The notes under the pieces are model-generated. The model made no database searches and was not told where the DNA came from. It saw nothing but the letters and a program-made list of their open reading frames with translations. 64,000 bases of DNA, from assembly GCA_043800705.1 (NCBI GenBank), contig JAZDMS010000001.1, positions 32,001-96,000 on the forward strand, read 5' to 3'. Source of the stretch: Candidatus Altiarchaeota archaeon. GTDB lineage: Archaea; Altiarchaeota; Altiarchaeia; IMC4; SCGC-AAA252-I15. The position numbers and the translations under genes were made by a program. Positions 1-9,507 of the stretch are shown here, one piece after another (position 1 is the first letter of the stretch; every line of letters starts with the position of its first letter).

Positions 1-522
1 GTAGCAGTCGCAGCGCAGGGGGACAGCATCGTATTTTCGCATGCACGCCTTCGGATACGAACCGCACAAGGCGCTCGTATCGGTCGCGCAAAGCCCGATA
101 TAGTTTCCCCACCTAGCCTGGGATACGACTGCCTCGGCGTATGGCACCGGCGGGCCGAACGGATCCAGGTCGAAAAAATCGTATTTCCTCCCGGCGAGGA
201 TCGCCCTCGCATCCTGGCGCTCGAGACTGACTTGGACGCCATTCAAGGCGGCGTTCTCGCCGATGAGTTCTAGGGCCTTCGGGTTCAGGTCGTTGAGTGT
301 GACGTCGACCCCCGCCTCCTTGGCGACCCTGACCCCCCGCGCCCCGCTGCCTGCCATCAGGTCAATGAACGTCTTCGGCTTCAGGACCCGGCATAAGGCC
401 ACCGTGATGTCCCTGTTTAGGCGCATATGGGGGTTGTAGAACACCTCCTCCCCCTTGGATATGCCTCCACCGACGGGGACTTTCAGCCTCGTGGAGCCTT
501 CGACGATGTCCTCGTAATCCAT
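1..522 (-). CDS. trm1: tRNA (guanine26-N2)-dimethyltransferase, 5' part (runs off window edge)
   Basis: Manual translation from ATG 522: MDYEDIVEGSTRLKVP...VFYNPHMRLNRDITVA...DLMAGSGARGVRVA...YDFFDLDPFGPPVPY; these are Trm1 motifs. Confidence 0.9.
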   Translation of the reverse strand, partial: MDYEDIVEGSTRLKVPVGGGISKGEEVFYNPHMRLNRDITVALCRVLKPKTFIDLMAGSGARGVRVAKEAGVDVTLNDLNPKALELIGENAALNGVQVSLERQDARAILAGRKYDFFDLDPFGPPVPYAEAVVSQARWGNYIGLCATDTSALCGSYPKACMRKYDAVPLRCDCY

Positions 523-609
523 GGAAGAATATGGCTGCTTCGGATAAAATACGGTTTGATCATCCGTATTTTAAGCCTCACTCCGAATTACTGTCTAGAG
601 GTGGTTTTA

Positions 610-1527
610 ATGATTTTGGAGATTATCGGAATAGTGTGCGTACTGCTCGTTCTGATGAGTATAAAGATAATAAACCCGACCGAAAGGGGTCTGGTCGAGC
701 GCTTCGGGAAATACAACCGCTTCGCCGAACCCGGCCTCAGCATAGTGATCCCAATGGTCGAAGGCATACGGAGGATCAACATAACGGAACAGATGATCGA
801 CGCGGAGCCGCAGGAGGTCATCACCAAGGACAACCTCAACGCGCAGGTCGACGCGCAGATATACTTCAAGGTCTTAAACGACGAAGGCAGCGTCAAAAAA
901 TCCCAGTATAACGTATACAACTACGAGGAGCAGATAGTCGCACTCGCAAGGACCACCCTACGTAACATCATCGGGCAGATGAACTTCGTCGAAGTCAACA
1001 GCCAACGGGACACGCTCAACAACGAGCTCGCGAAGGGCCTGAGGGGGCAGATACAGGCTTGGGGCATCGAGATCGTGCGCTCAGAGCTGAAGGAGATCCA
1101 GCCGCCACAGGACGTCCAGGAGACGATGAACAAGGTCCTCAAGGCCCAGAACGAGAAGACCGCCGCCATCGACTACGCGACCGCGACGGAGACCCAGGCA
1201 GACGGGAAGAGGAGGGCCCTCATAAAGGAGGCCGAAGGGTACAAGCAGTCCTCGATACTGAAGGCCGAGGGTGAGGCGAAGGCGATCGAGCTCGTCAACA
1301 TGGCGGCGAGGGAGTACTTCAAGGACGAGGCCCAGCTGATGAGAAAGCTGGAGGTCACGGAGAACTCACTCAGGAACAACACTAAGATAATCGTGCCCTC
1401 GTCGAGCAGCCTGGTGAACGTGATCGGGGAACTGGGCGGCATGCCTCTGGTCCTGCCGCAGAAGGCCGATCCGCCGAAGCAGGCCTACGATATGTCCCCC
1501 AAAAAACAGGGCAAACCCCAGGATTAG
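610..1527 (+). CDS. SPFH/Band 7 (stomatin-like) membrane protein
   Basis: N-terminal TM, ERGLVERFGKY, QEVITKDN, WGIEI, AEGEAKAI; GAGGTG RBS before ATG 610. Confidence 0.9.
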   Translation: MILEIIGIVCVLLVLMSIKIINPTERGLVERFGKYNRFAEPGLSIVIPMVEGIRRINITEQMIDAEPQEVITKDNLNAQVDAQIYFKVLNDEGSVKKSQYNVYNYEEQIVALARTTLRNIIGQMNFVEVNSQRDTLNNELAKGLRGQIQAWGIEIVRSELKEIQPPQDVQETMNKVLKAQNEKTAAIDYATATETQADGKRRALIKEAEGYKQSSILKAEGEAKAIELVNMAAREYFKDEAQLMRKLEVTENSLRNNTKIIVPSSSSLVNVIGELGGMPLVLPQKADPPKQAYDMSPKKQGKPQD

Positions 1528-1581
1528 GCGAAAACTAACAGGGGATGTCTCTTTTAAACCCCCTGCGCTTATTATCCTACC

Positions 1582-2127
1582 GTGAAAATCGTCGTAGCCA
1601 TCACTGGAGCATCGGGTGTGGTCCTCGGAAAGCGCCTAATAGAGGAACTGCGGGGGCATGAGGTCCACGCCATAGTCAGCTCCTCGGCGAAGGAGGTAGC
1701 CAGGCATGAGAAGGTCGACCTCGAGCCCATGCAAAAGCTGGCGACCGTCCACGAAGAGGCGAACATGTGCTCGCCGCTGGCGTCAAGCTCTAACCTCGTC
1801 GATGCGATGGTCGTGGTCCCCTGCAGCATGAAGACCCTGTCCGCCATCGCCAACGGATACGACGACAATCTGATAACCCGCGCAGCGGAGAACATCCTGA
1901 AGATGGGTGGTAAACTCGTCGTCGTCCCGAGGGACACGCCTATCACGCTGGCCGCCATCGATAACATGCGCAACCTCAAGCTGGCGGGAGCGATCATACT
2001 CCCTCCGAACGTCGCCTATTACGGCGAGCCGAAGACCGTCGACGACGTCACGGACTTCCTCGTCGGGAAAATATTCGACTCCCTAAGGATCGATCATAGG
2101 CTGTATAAGCGCTGGCGCGGCCACTGA
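1582..2127 (+). CDS. ubiX: Flavin prenyltransferase UbiX
   Basis: IVVAITGASG, PCSMKTLSAIANG, NLITRAA, PRDTP. Confidence 0.9.
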   Translation: MKIVVAITGASGVVLGKRLIEELRGHEVHAIVSSSAKEVARHEKVDLEPMQKLATVHEEANMCSPLASSSNLVDAMVVVPCSMKTLSAIANGYDDNLITRAAENILKMGGKLVVVPRDTPITLAAIDNMRNLKLAGAIILPPNVAYYGEPKTVDDVTDFLVGKIFDSLRIDHRLYKRWRGH

Positions 2128-4137
2128 CTAGGTCTTTATGGGTAGTATGACGAACGGTATCCCGTGCCTGTTAAGCCTCCCCTGCAGGGCGAAGATCGTG
2201 TAGTTGTCCAAGAGCCTCGACATGAGGGAGTATTTTGGCGGTATTACCTGGCCTCCGAAGAATACGGAGTCCGGGAACCTCTCCCTGATCTGGGGGAGGA
2301 TCTTCGTCTCGATCTCCTCCGTCACGTCGGTTCCCAGGGTGTATATGCCCTCCGCATAGTACCCCTGGTGCCTAATCAGGCTGACATACTTGTCTACTTC
2401 GCCTTTGGTGTGTTCCTTGAGCCTGTCGATCTCGGACATCCCCTTGAAGTTGCCGGAATCCATTATCCCTATGTGGACAAACACGAAATTCCTGAAATTG
2501 CCGGGAAAAAGGCTTAGAATGCTGGCGACCATGTGCAAGCCCATGCCGTTGAAGTCCTTCACGAGCAGGATCGCCGTCTTTTTATCGGCTTCGAATTCCC
2601 TGCTCATGTCAAGTTTTTTTATCGCCTCATCGGGCTGTTCGGGAGCCTTGGGATCCAGCTGACTGATCTGGGTGTCCAGGCGCTCAAGAAGCCTGGCGAT
2701 GTAGTCGTAGTGCCGCCTTATCATCAGGCACACCGCAACCATGAATCCGGTTATGATGATCGTCATCCAGCCGCCCTCCTCGAACTTCAAAATAGTGACC
2801 GATAAAAGGAAGAAGCTCGTCACAAAGAGCCCGAGAAGGCAGACGCAGAACTTCCTAAGCCACTTCTCCATCTTCGAGCGCCTCATATGCCAGAAATATA
2901 TCTGGGTGCCTAGCATCGAGAGCGTGAATGTGATGAATACGTTGATGCTGTATAACACGACGAGGAACTGTACGGAGCCTTCCGCCAGGATCATCATCGC
3001 AAGCGCGGCGCCTCCGACTATGATGATACCGTTCTGGTTGACGAAACGGTCGCTAAGGAGGGAAAACCTCTTCGGCACCCAGCCGTCCAAGGCCATATTG
3101 GAAAGGATACGCGGCCCGTCGATGAATCCGGCCTGGGCTCCGACGAACAGCAAAGCTGCCTCGGATATCAGCGTCACGACGAGGAAATAGTGGCCCATGG
3201 CCCCCCAGCCCTCAGTAATCCCCCCCAGGAGGATGGCGTTGAACGTTTTATCCCCCTGTGAGCCGACGTTGTAGAATATGTATGCGAGCATGAGGCCGCC
3301 GGCTGTGAAGGCAAGGGAAAACATCATATACTCCATGGTCTTCTTGGCAGTCTTCACCTTCGGTTCCCTTAGGATCGGTATGCCGTTGCTGACCGCCTCA
3401 AGGCCCGTATACGTCCCAGCCCCCATGCTGAACGCCTTCAGCACCAGGATCACGGCTCCGAGGATGCCTATATCAGCTGAAGCCTTATGCATATCAGCCT
3501 CCACAGCCGCCGCAAATGCCGACGGGCTGACAGGATTCGCATATACTGCATAGAAGATGACTATAAGATGGGTTATCAAGAAGAGGATAAATATGGGGGC
3601 CAGTATGAGGACCGATTCCTTGACGCCCCTGAGGTTCAGGAGAATCATAATTAGGACCCCGGCGATCGCGAACTCAAGCCTGTACGGCGACCATGCCGCC
3701 GGGAGGAAGCTGAATATGGCTGCGGCACCGGCTGCTATGGATACTGTGATTGTAAGGATGTAGTCTATGAATAGGGCGCAGCCGGATACCATCCCCCCCT
3801 TCGGAGACAGGAACTTGCTGGCGACGATGTATCCCCCGCTGCCCGTACTCGACGGGAAGAGCTCGATGATCTGCGAATAATTCGCGCCGATTATGAATAC
3901 GGTCGCTGCCGTCGCCAAAGCCACGAAGATCCCGAGGTAGGGGTGGCCTTGGAGGACCCTGAACGCCTCCTCAGGGCCGTAGGACGACGAGGACAGTCCG
4001 TCGGCGCCCAACCCTATCCAGGCAAAAAACGCTATCAGAGAGATCTTATGGAACACCTTGGAGTCGACGATTATCGGGGGCCCGATGAAGATATCCTTGA
4101 CCTGCCTCATCAACGAGCTTTTCTTCTCTGTGTCCAT
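2128..4137 (-). CDS. APC-superfamily permease, KimA/YdaO-like (possible K+ transporter)
   Basis: GADGLSSSSYGPEE, GGYIVAS, YTGLEAVSNG; about 12 TMs plus C-terminal soluble domain. Confidence 0.8.
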   Translation of the reverse strand: MDTEKKSSLMRQVKDIFIGPPIIVDSKVFHKISLIAFFAWIGLGADGLSSSSYGPEEAFRVLQGHPYLGIFVALATAATVFIIGANYSQIIELFPSSTGSGGYIVASKFLSPKGGMVSGCALFIDYILTITVSIAAGAAAIFSFLPAAWSPYRLEFAIAGVLIMILLNLRGVKESVLILAPIFILFLITHLIVIFYAVYANPVSPSAFAAAVEADMHKASADIGILGAVILVLKAFSMGAGTYTGLEAVSNGIPILREPKVKTAKKTMEYMMFSLAFTAGGLMLAYIFYNVGSQGDKTFNAILLGGITEGWGAMGHYFLVVTLISEAALLFVGAQAGFIDGPRILSNMALDGWVPKRFSLLSDRFVNQNGIIIVGGAALAMMILAEGSVQFLVVLYSINVFITFTLSMLGTQIYFWHMRRSKMEKWLRKFCVCLLGLFVTSFFLLSVTILKFEEGGWMTIIITGFMVAVCLMIRRHYDYIARLLERLDTQISQLDPKAPEQPDEAIKKLDMSREFEADKKTAILLVKDFNGMGLHMVASILSLFPGNFRNFVFVHIGIMDSGNFKGMSEIDRLKEHTKGEVDKYVSLIRHQGYYAEGIYTLGTDVTEEIETKILPQIRERFPDSVFFGGQVIPPKYSLMSRLLDNYTIFALQGRLNRHGIPFVILPIKT

Positions 4138-4149
4138 ACCTACCTGCGC

Positions 4150-5091
4150 CTAGAGGGCGTTCTTGGAGAGTACTCTACTGATAAACGTATTCGCCGCCTT
4201 CTGGAACTTTTCCGACGGCTCGTACTCCATCTCCCCCTTGAATACCTCGACTGCGGGGCCTGTAAGCAGCATCCTCCCTACCTTTCCGGAGGCTGATTCC
4301 AGTTTCACGTTCAGGTCCCCGCCCCTTGCATGGAACACGAACGTCCGGTCCATGTCGCTTCGGCCGTTCAGCACCGCGGCGACGGCACAGGCGCATGCTC
4401 CTGTCCCGCATGCCAATGTCTCGTTCTCGACCCCCCGCTCGTACGACCTTATCTTGTACTCCGAGCCGCCGGCCTTCTCTACGAAGTGGACGTTGATGCC
4501 TCTCGTGAACTCTTTCTTCATGTTCATTATCGCCTTTCCAATGCGCAAGACGTCGACCTTCTCCACGTCTTCGACGAACAGGACCGCGTGAGGATTGCCT
4601 GTGCCGACGCAGGTGACCTTGTATGTCTGCCCCAAGACCGTCAATTCCACTCCTATGTAGGTGTCGCCTGGCTTGCCTGCGATGCCTATCTGTTCCCGGC
4701 TCAGTTGCGGCGATCCCATGTCCACCCGGACCATCTCGACCTTGTCGTTGAAGAGGGTAAGGACGAGAGACTTCACTCCCGCAGCGGTCTCCACGCTAAT
4801 GTTCGTCCTGTCCACGTGTCCGTTGTCGTAGAGGTATTTTGCGAAGCAGCGTATGCCGTTGCCATCCATCTCGGCTACCGTCCCGTCGGGGTTGTAGAAC
4901 ACGAACTTGGCGTCGACGTTGTCGGACTTCTGGACGAAAATGACCCCCTCCGAGCCGATCCCGGTGTGCCTGTCCGCGGCAAAGACCGCGAAACCCGGCT
5001 TCTTGTCGCTTGGGACGATCTCCTGCTCCAATTCGTCCACCAGGATGAAGTCGTTCGACACGCCTTGCATCTTCGTAAAAGGGACTTTCAT
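4150..5091 (-). CDS. dapF: Diaminopimelate epimerase homolog (first catalytic Cys replaced by Asp)
   Basis: FTKMQG..NDF, NPDG..AEMDGNGIRC, GNPHAV, ERG..ETLACGTGACA. Confidence 0.85.
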   Translation of the reverse strand: MKVPFTKMQGVSNDFILVDELEQEIVPSDKKPGFAVFAADRHTGIGSEGVIFVQKSDNVDAKFVFYNPDGTVAEMDGNGIRCFAKYLYDNGHVDRTNISVETAAGVKSLVLTLFNDKVEMVRVDMGSPQLSREQIGIAGKPGDTYIGVELTVLGQTYKVTCVGTGNPHAVLFVEDVEKVDVLRIGKAIMNMKKEFTRGINVHFVEKAGGSEYKIRSYERGVENETLACGTGACACAVAAVLNGRSDMDRTFVFHARGGDLNVKLESASGKVGRMLLTGPAVEVFKGEMEYEPSEKFQKAANTFISRVLSKNAL

Positions 5092-5239
5092 GGGATTGTT
5101 TTCGGTTTTAGCGAAAAACCGGCTGTCCTATAAACATACGCCCGCAAGGTTATAAAACTTATCGGAGAACCGCGGCATTCGCGGTTTTACGCCTTCCTCC
5201 AGCGGTGGTTTGCGCTATCTAATTGGTTGTTCGCTGTTT

Positions 5240-5716
5240 ATGTCAATGGAGCCTGTCAATCCCCTTCAGGTGCTGCGGGATGCCATGCACATAGAGAAGG
5301 AAGGGATCAGGTTCTACCGGCTAGCCTCGAAGGCATCCAAAGATCGGAAGACCCAGGAACTCTTCATGCGCCTGGCCGGCGAGGAACATAACCCTCTTGA
5401 GAAGCTGGAACTAGTATACGACAATCTGGCGGAAAACAACGAGTGGCTCGTCGACAAAGACCTCCTGGAGGGGAAGAAAAAAGTTTTGAAGGATCTGGAC
5501 ATATTCAATCGCGACATCGGGCAAGAAGGGGACATGGATGCACTGGATCGAGGCATAAAGGTGGAGGATGACTCGATCATCCTATATCAGCGTGCGTTCG
5601 ATGGTTTCAAGGAATCGTCCAACGGGAGGCAGTCCGTCTTTTCCTGGCTCCTTGGCTTCGAAAAGGAGCATTTGAAGGCGCTCAAGGAAAGGCGCAGGGA
5701 AATCGTCGGCTCCTGA
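5240..5716 (+). CDS. Ferritin-like (rubrerythrin family) protein
   Basis: A..IEKEG..FY, LAGEE, KVEDDS..LY, FEKEH helical diiron pattern. Confidence 0.75.
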   Translation: MSMEPVNPLQVLRDAMHIEKEGIRFYRLASKASKDRKTQELFMRLAGEEHNPLEKLELVYDNLAENNEWLVDKDLLEGKKKVLKDLDIFNRDIGQEGDMDALDRGIKVEDDSIILYQRAFDGFKESSNGRQSVFSWLLGFEKEHLKALKERRREIVGS

Positions 5717-5720
5717 GCGT

Positions 5721-5972
5721 TCAGATCAGCCTGTGCACGAGCTGGAGCCTGTCGTGGTTGATTCTGTAGAGTATCCTTTTGCCGTCCCGGCGCCAGGTGA
5801 CTAGGCCGTGGTGTTCGAGCTTCTTCAGCTGAAGCGAAATGGTCGACTGGGCCCTCTTGCAGTGGATGGTGATCTCATGCACCGGCTTCTCGCCGGTCAA
5901 GAGATGCTCCATAATCCTGTACCTGGTCTCGTCTGCGAAGGCCTTGTAGATGTGCAGCTTCTCGACGTTCAT
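5721..5972 (-). CDS. ArsR/SmtB family transcriptional regulator
   Basis: KAFADETRYRI..L...QSTIS.QLKKL...GLV..RRDG. Confidence 0.85.
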   Translation of the reverse strand: MNVEKLHIYKAFADETRYRIMEHLLTGEKPVHEITIHCKRAQSTISLQLKKLEHHGLVTWRRDGKRILYRINHDRLQLVHRLI

Positions 5973-6212
5973 GATAACCTATTGTCATTTACGTTTATAA
6001 ATTATTACCCTGTCTTTTTAACCCTTTCCGTCAAATAATGGGTATGGCCAAAGCACTTTTCGAATCTGCAGGATCGAGAAAGGCGAGAAGAGGGGACGGA
6101 CGGACGACCATGGACTCCGAGATGATGAAAGATCTTGCAGGATCTGGTGCCAATCAGCTTGAAAGAAATCCCTGGGAGAGGAAGTCTAAAACGGAACAGA
6201 GGAAATACTGAC

Positions 6213-6440
6213 TCAGACGCCCTTTTCACACACGATGTAGCCGTTTTCAAACCTGGGTGCCAATTTCCCGAATTTTTCCCTGAACCCTCCGGTATTTGCC
6301 GGCTCTCCGTCGGTCCTCCAGACATTCTTCATGTCTATGACGTAGTGGGTCTCCCCTGTCTCGGGAACGTCCTTCAGCTTTTGGCTGAACTCCTCCAACA
6401 GTTTGACCCCCTCATTCTGGATGTTTTCCGCGTCGACCAT
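6213..6440 (-). CDS. gatC: Asp/Glu-tRNA amidotransferase subunit C (archaeal GatC-like)
   Basis: 75 aa; ETHYVIDMKNVWR.D...FREKF..LAP..ENGYIVCEKG. Confidence 0.75.
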   Translation of the reverse strand: MVDAENIQNEGVKLLEEFSQKLKDVPETGETHYVIDMKNVWRTDGEPANTGGFREKFGKLAPRFENGYIVCEKGV

Positions 6441-6788
6441 TGTAATCTAAATGTCGTCCCATGTTAATTAATCAAGGAGGGTCTCTGAGAGTGCCAGGTC
6501 CCTGCCGCCCGTCAATTCCAGTGTGGGTTTGGCCTTGGCCAGGGGCGTATCCTTCACTATGGAACCTCATGCGCTCGTCAGCTCCTTGGCGTCTGCTAAA
6601 AGGAAACTATCATCTTTCACCCTCAATCCCCTGACACCCCTTCCAGAGCTACTTCCCGCTTCCGCCTCGACCTTCATAAGGGGGCTCTCTGGGGCCTTTA
6701 ATCCGTGAATAATGGGTTTCTTACTTTGCCGTACTATTCTTTATCTCATGGTTCAAGGTTTTTAAGCAAATACCTCCCGATATAGCAT

Positions 6789-7229
6789 ATGAGGGCTGAA
6801 TATGTCATTATTGGCATATTGACTGTTTTTTGGTCCTCCCAGACGGTATGTGCTGATACCGTCACCATGGAGGTCTATATCCCGATGCCGTCATCTAATT
6901 CGACCACTACAACTTCATCTACCACCCTGGAGGAGCCGTCTTTCATTGGCGACGCCGTGGCGTCGGGTCCGTCTACGACCCTTCCGCTGCTCATCGTCAG
7001 ATCCGTCGATGGTTCCCCTACTACGCTCCCGAAGGGGCGGGTTGTCGAAGTAGTCGATTCACCCATCGTGGTATCCCAGGAGGAAATCCCCAAGATAGTT
7101 GCCTCTGCGGTCCAGGACACATCCCCAGAACCCGCCCTGTCCATAATTGAGGGCGGAGAACTGTCTGTCGAAACGGAGCCCGAAGGATTATACGATTGGA
7201 TTGTCGGTCTTTTCACAGGATGGTTTTAA
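6789..7229 (+). CDS. Hypothetical secreted Ser/Thr-rich protein
   Basis: Signal-like N-terminus, STTTTSSTT linker, amphipathic C-terminus GLYDWIVGLFTGWF. Confidence 0.6.
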   Translation: MRAEYVIIGILTVFWSSQTVCADTVTMEVYIPMPSSNSTTTTSSTTLEEPSFIGDAVASGPSTTLPLLIVRSVDGSPTTLPKGRVVEVVDSPIVVSQEEIPKIVASAVQDTSPEPALSIIEGGELSVETEPEGLYDWIVGLFTGWF

Positions 7230-7306
7230 TGCGCTCAGCAAACTTCGGTTAGATGGCGTGTGTAGAGCGGCGACCACTCGTCCATGTCGGAAACTCTACT
7301 GTTAGC

Positions 7307-8404
7307 TCAGCCGCTCTTCACATCCTTGCGCTGTGACAGCCTGTATCCTATCACCACGCTGCGATAGCCTGAAAGCTCCCTGTCGAGGTCGCGGTCCGAT
7401 GTATCGACCAGGAGTTGAGGTGTGGTGTTGAGCTTCACGGGCGTCGCCACGTAGATGACATTCTTTGCCCCGACCATCCTTATCACATGCGGGCTTATCT
7501 GCTGGGTGCCGCGGCCGAAGACGAATCCCTGCGCCCCAATGGGGGAGACGATGATCTTGGCCTTGGACTCCTTCTTCAGGAGCTCAACCAGCTCCCTCTC
7601 GCTTGCGTCCTTTACCAGCAGTCTGCCTTTCTTCACAACGTCTACTCCAAGGAGGGTCTTTTCGATTCCAAGCTGTTTGGCTATCGCCGCCGTCGTGGAG
7701 CCGGCACCAAGGATGTATGCAGAACCGTCCCTCATGAACTCCGAGGCGAAGACTGCGATTGAATACTTGGACTCCTCGTCGTCGACGGATGAAAATACCC
7801 TCTTCCCTGCCTGGATCAGCTCCTGCCTGAAGGGAGTCTTCACGTATCCGAACAGCCTCGTCCGAAGCTCGCCTGCCCTGTAGGCCTCCTCGTCCACGTC
7901 GATGACTTCGGCATCCCTTAGGGGCGCGCTGCCGTTAGCGTAGTCCAATACCAATTTTCCGCTCGCATGGGGGTTGACTGCGAACGCTCCGGAGTGCATC
8001 TTCACACCGGCGGGGATCCCGACGACTGGCACCTTATCTCCGACTGCCGAAAACACGTCTCTCAGGGTGCCGTCTCCTCCGGCAAAAAGTATGAGTTCAA
8101 CACCCCTTTCTATGAACCTGACGCAGGCGTTTTTCGTGTCCTTAGAGGAGGTTGACTGCCCGGTATCCAAGACGACCTCATACCTGAATCCTTCGAGAAG
8201 ACCAGAACCCATGCTTCCGGAGCATGTCAGAAAATCTAACGAATCACCCGCATCCCTCAACCCTTCAAGGCATTCGGCCGCCCTTATTGGGGATACCGGC
8301 TCTGCACCCCTCAGTTTCGCCTCATTTGCCTTCCCGTCGGTGCCTTTGAGGCCGACTCTGCCGCCGAGGCCTGCTATGGGATTGACGAGGAATCCGATTT
8401 TCAT
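7307..8404 (-). CDS. ATP-NAD/AcoX kinase family protein
   Basis: IGFLVNPIAGLGGRVGLKGTDG, FAGGDGT, GIPAGVKMHS, GFVFGRG. Confidence 0.85.
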   Translation of the reverse strand: MKIGFLVNPIAGLGGRVGLKGTDGKANEAKLRGAEPVSPIRAAECLEGLRDAGDSLDFLTCSGSMGSGLLEGFRYEVVLDTGQSTSSKDTKNACVRFIERGVELILFAGGDGTLRDVFSAVGDKVPVVGIPAGVKMHSGAFAVNPHASGKLVLDYANGSAPLRDAEVIDVDEEAYRAGELRTRLFGYVKTPFRQELIQAGKRVFSSVDDEESKYSIAVFASEFMRDGSAYILGAGSTTAAIAKQLGIEKTLLGVDVVKKGRLLVKDASERELVELLKKESKAKIIVSPIGAQGFVFGRGTQQISPHVIRMVGAKNVIYVATPVKLNTTPQLLVDTSDRDLDRELSGYRSVVIGYRLSQRKDVKSG

Positions 8405-8469
8405 GGCTAATTAATCGCATCCGACGGTAAAAACTATCAAGGATTTTGGTTCGCTCGGCATTTCACCTG

Positions 8470-8738
8470 TTATTCCTATGGTCCCCTGATTCTGCCTTTT
8501 TCGGTGTATTGTGTGGTGAGTCCATCTATTGTGACGTTATAGGGGATTGTCAACTTCAAAATGTATGTGTCCCCCGCGTTCGCTGAATCGGATCCGCTGG
8601 CGTCTATTCTGAAGTTGTCTCCCTGCGCCACCTTGGTTGGGGGTTCGACTATGGCGGTAGAGCAGTTTTTACCCTCGTTTGGGCCATTAATATTCTCGAC
8701 GGCTATGTCTTCGCCTATGGGGGTTTATCAAAACCACT
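8470..8738 (-). pseudogene. Remnant resembling the C-terminal domain of an archaeal pilin-like protein
   Basis: Startless 83-codon frame ...PIGEDIAVENI...GDTYILKLTIPYNVTIDGLTTQYTEKGRIRGP*E*; no N-terminal hydrophobic helix; resemblance is by recall only. Confidence 0.4.
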
Positions 8739-9456
8739 ATCCCTTCACCAGGGATACGCCATCGTTTTCAGAAATCCGTATCGCCATGGGCTTCAGGGTG
8801 TGCCTTGTGCCGCGCATCTTCGCAATCCTTATTATCCTCAAGTCCAGGGACTCGTTGACGCTGAGGGATATTATCCCGTCAACGGAGAAATTGACGAATC
8901 CGTAGGGGTCGGGGACCTCATCGGAGTCTTCGCTGAGGAAATAGGTCGTGAAGCCGTTCTTTTTCAGGATGACGAGTATGTTCGAAAGCGCCCTCCTCAG
9001 TGCGTCGGTGTCCTTCTTGTCCGAGAGCTCCGACAGGTCGAAGAATTCCGAGCTGAACGTCTGCAGTCCGTCCAATACCAGGCGCTTGATGCCCTGCGAT
9101 TTGAACTCGGGGATCATCTTCTCGATGTAGGATGTAGAATTCGCCCTCTCCTCCGACTTCCCCCGTGTATTGTGGGGGCTGAAGTCTATCACCTGGATCG
9201 TCCCCCCGTTGACGAAGGAATCGAGGTCAGGGAAGAATATCTTCCCGAAGAAGACCAGTTGGCCGCTTGACTCCTCAAAAGTTAGGAATGCGCCCTTCTC
9301 CCCCATGCGTGCGCCTTCCACGAGGAACTGGAGGGCTACCGTCGTCTTCCCCGTCCCGGCCTTGCCTTTGACGAGGACGTTGGTCCCCTCATAGAGGCCG
9401 CCGCCGAGCATGGCGTCGAAATCCCTGATCCCAGTGGAAACCTTCGGGTCCGCCAT
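8737..9456 (-). CDS. KaiC/RAD55-like RecA-superfamily ATPase (single domain)
   Basis: STGI..FD.MLGGG, GKAGTGKT, TFEE, RLVLDG, KMRGT.H. Confidence 0.9.
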   Translation of the reverse strand: MADPKVSTGIRDFDAMLGGGLYEGTNVLVKGKAGTGKTTVALQFLVEGARMGEKGAFLTFEESSGQLVFFGKIFFPDLDSFVNGGTIQVIDFSPHNTRGKSEERANSTSYIEKMIPEFKSQGIKRLVLDGLQTFSSEFFDLSELSDKKDTDALRRALSNILVILKKNGFTTYFLSEDSDEVPDPYGFVNFSVDGIISLSVNESLDLRIIRIAKMRGTRHTLKPMAIRISENDGVSLVKG

Positions 9457-9507
9457 CGTCTAATGTATTTGTGCGACAGGTATAAAAGAGAAAGTGAGGC
9501 GTTGTCT

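Noticed and set aside
5380-5400. EEHNP in place of EExxH in the ferritin-like protein
   Set aside because: A single CAT-to-CCT change could be an error or drift; not interpretable without reads
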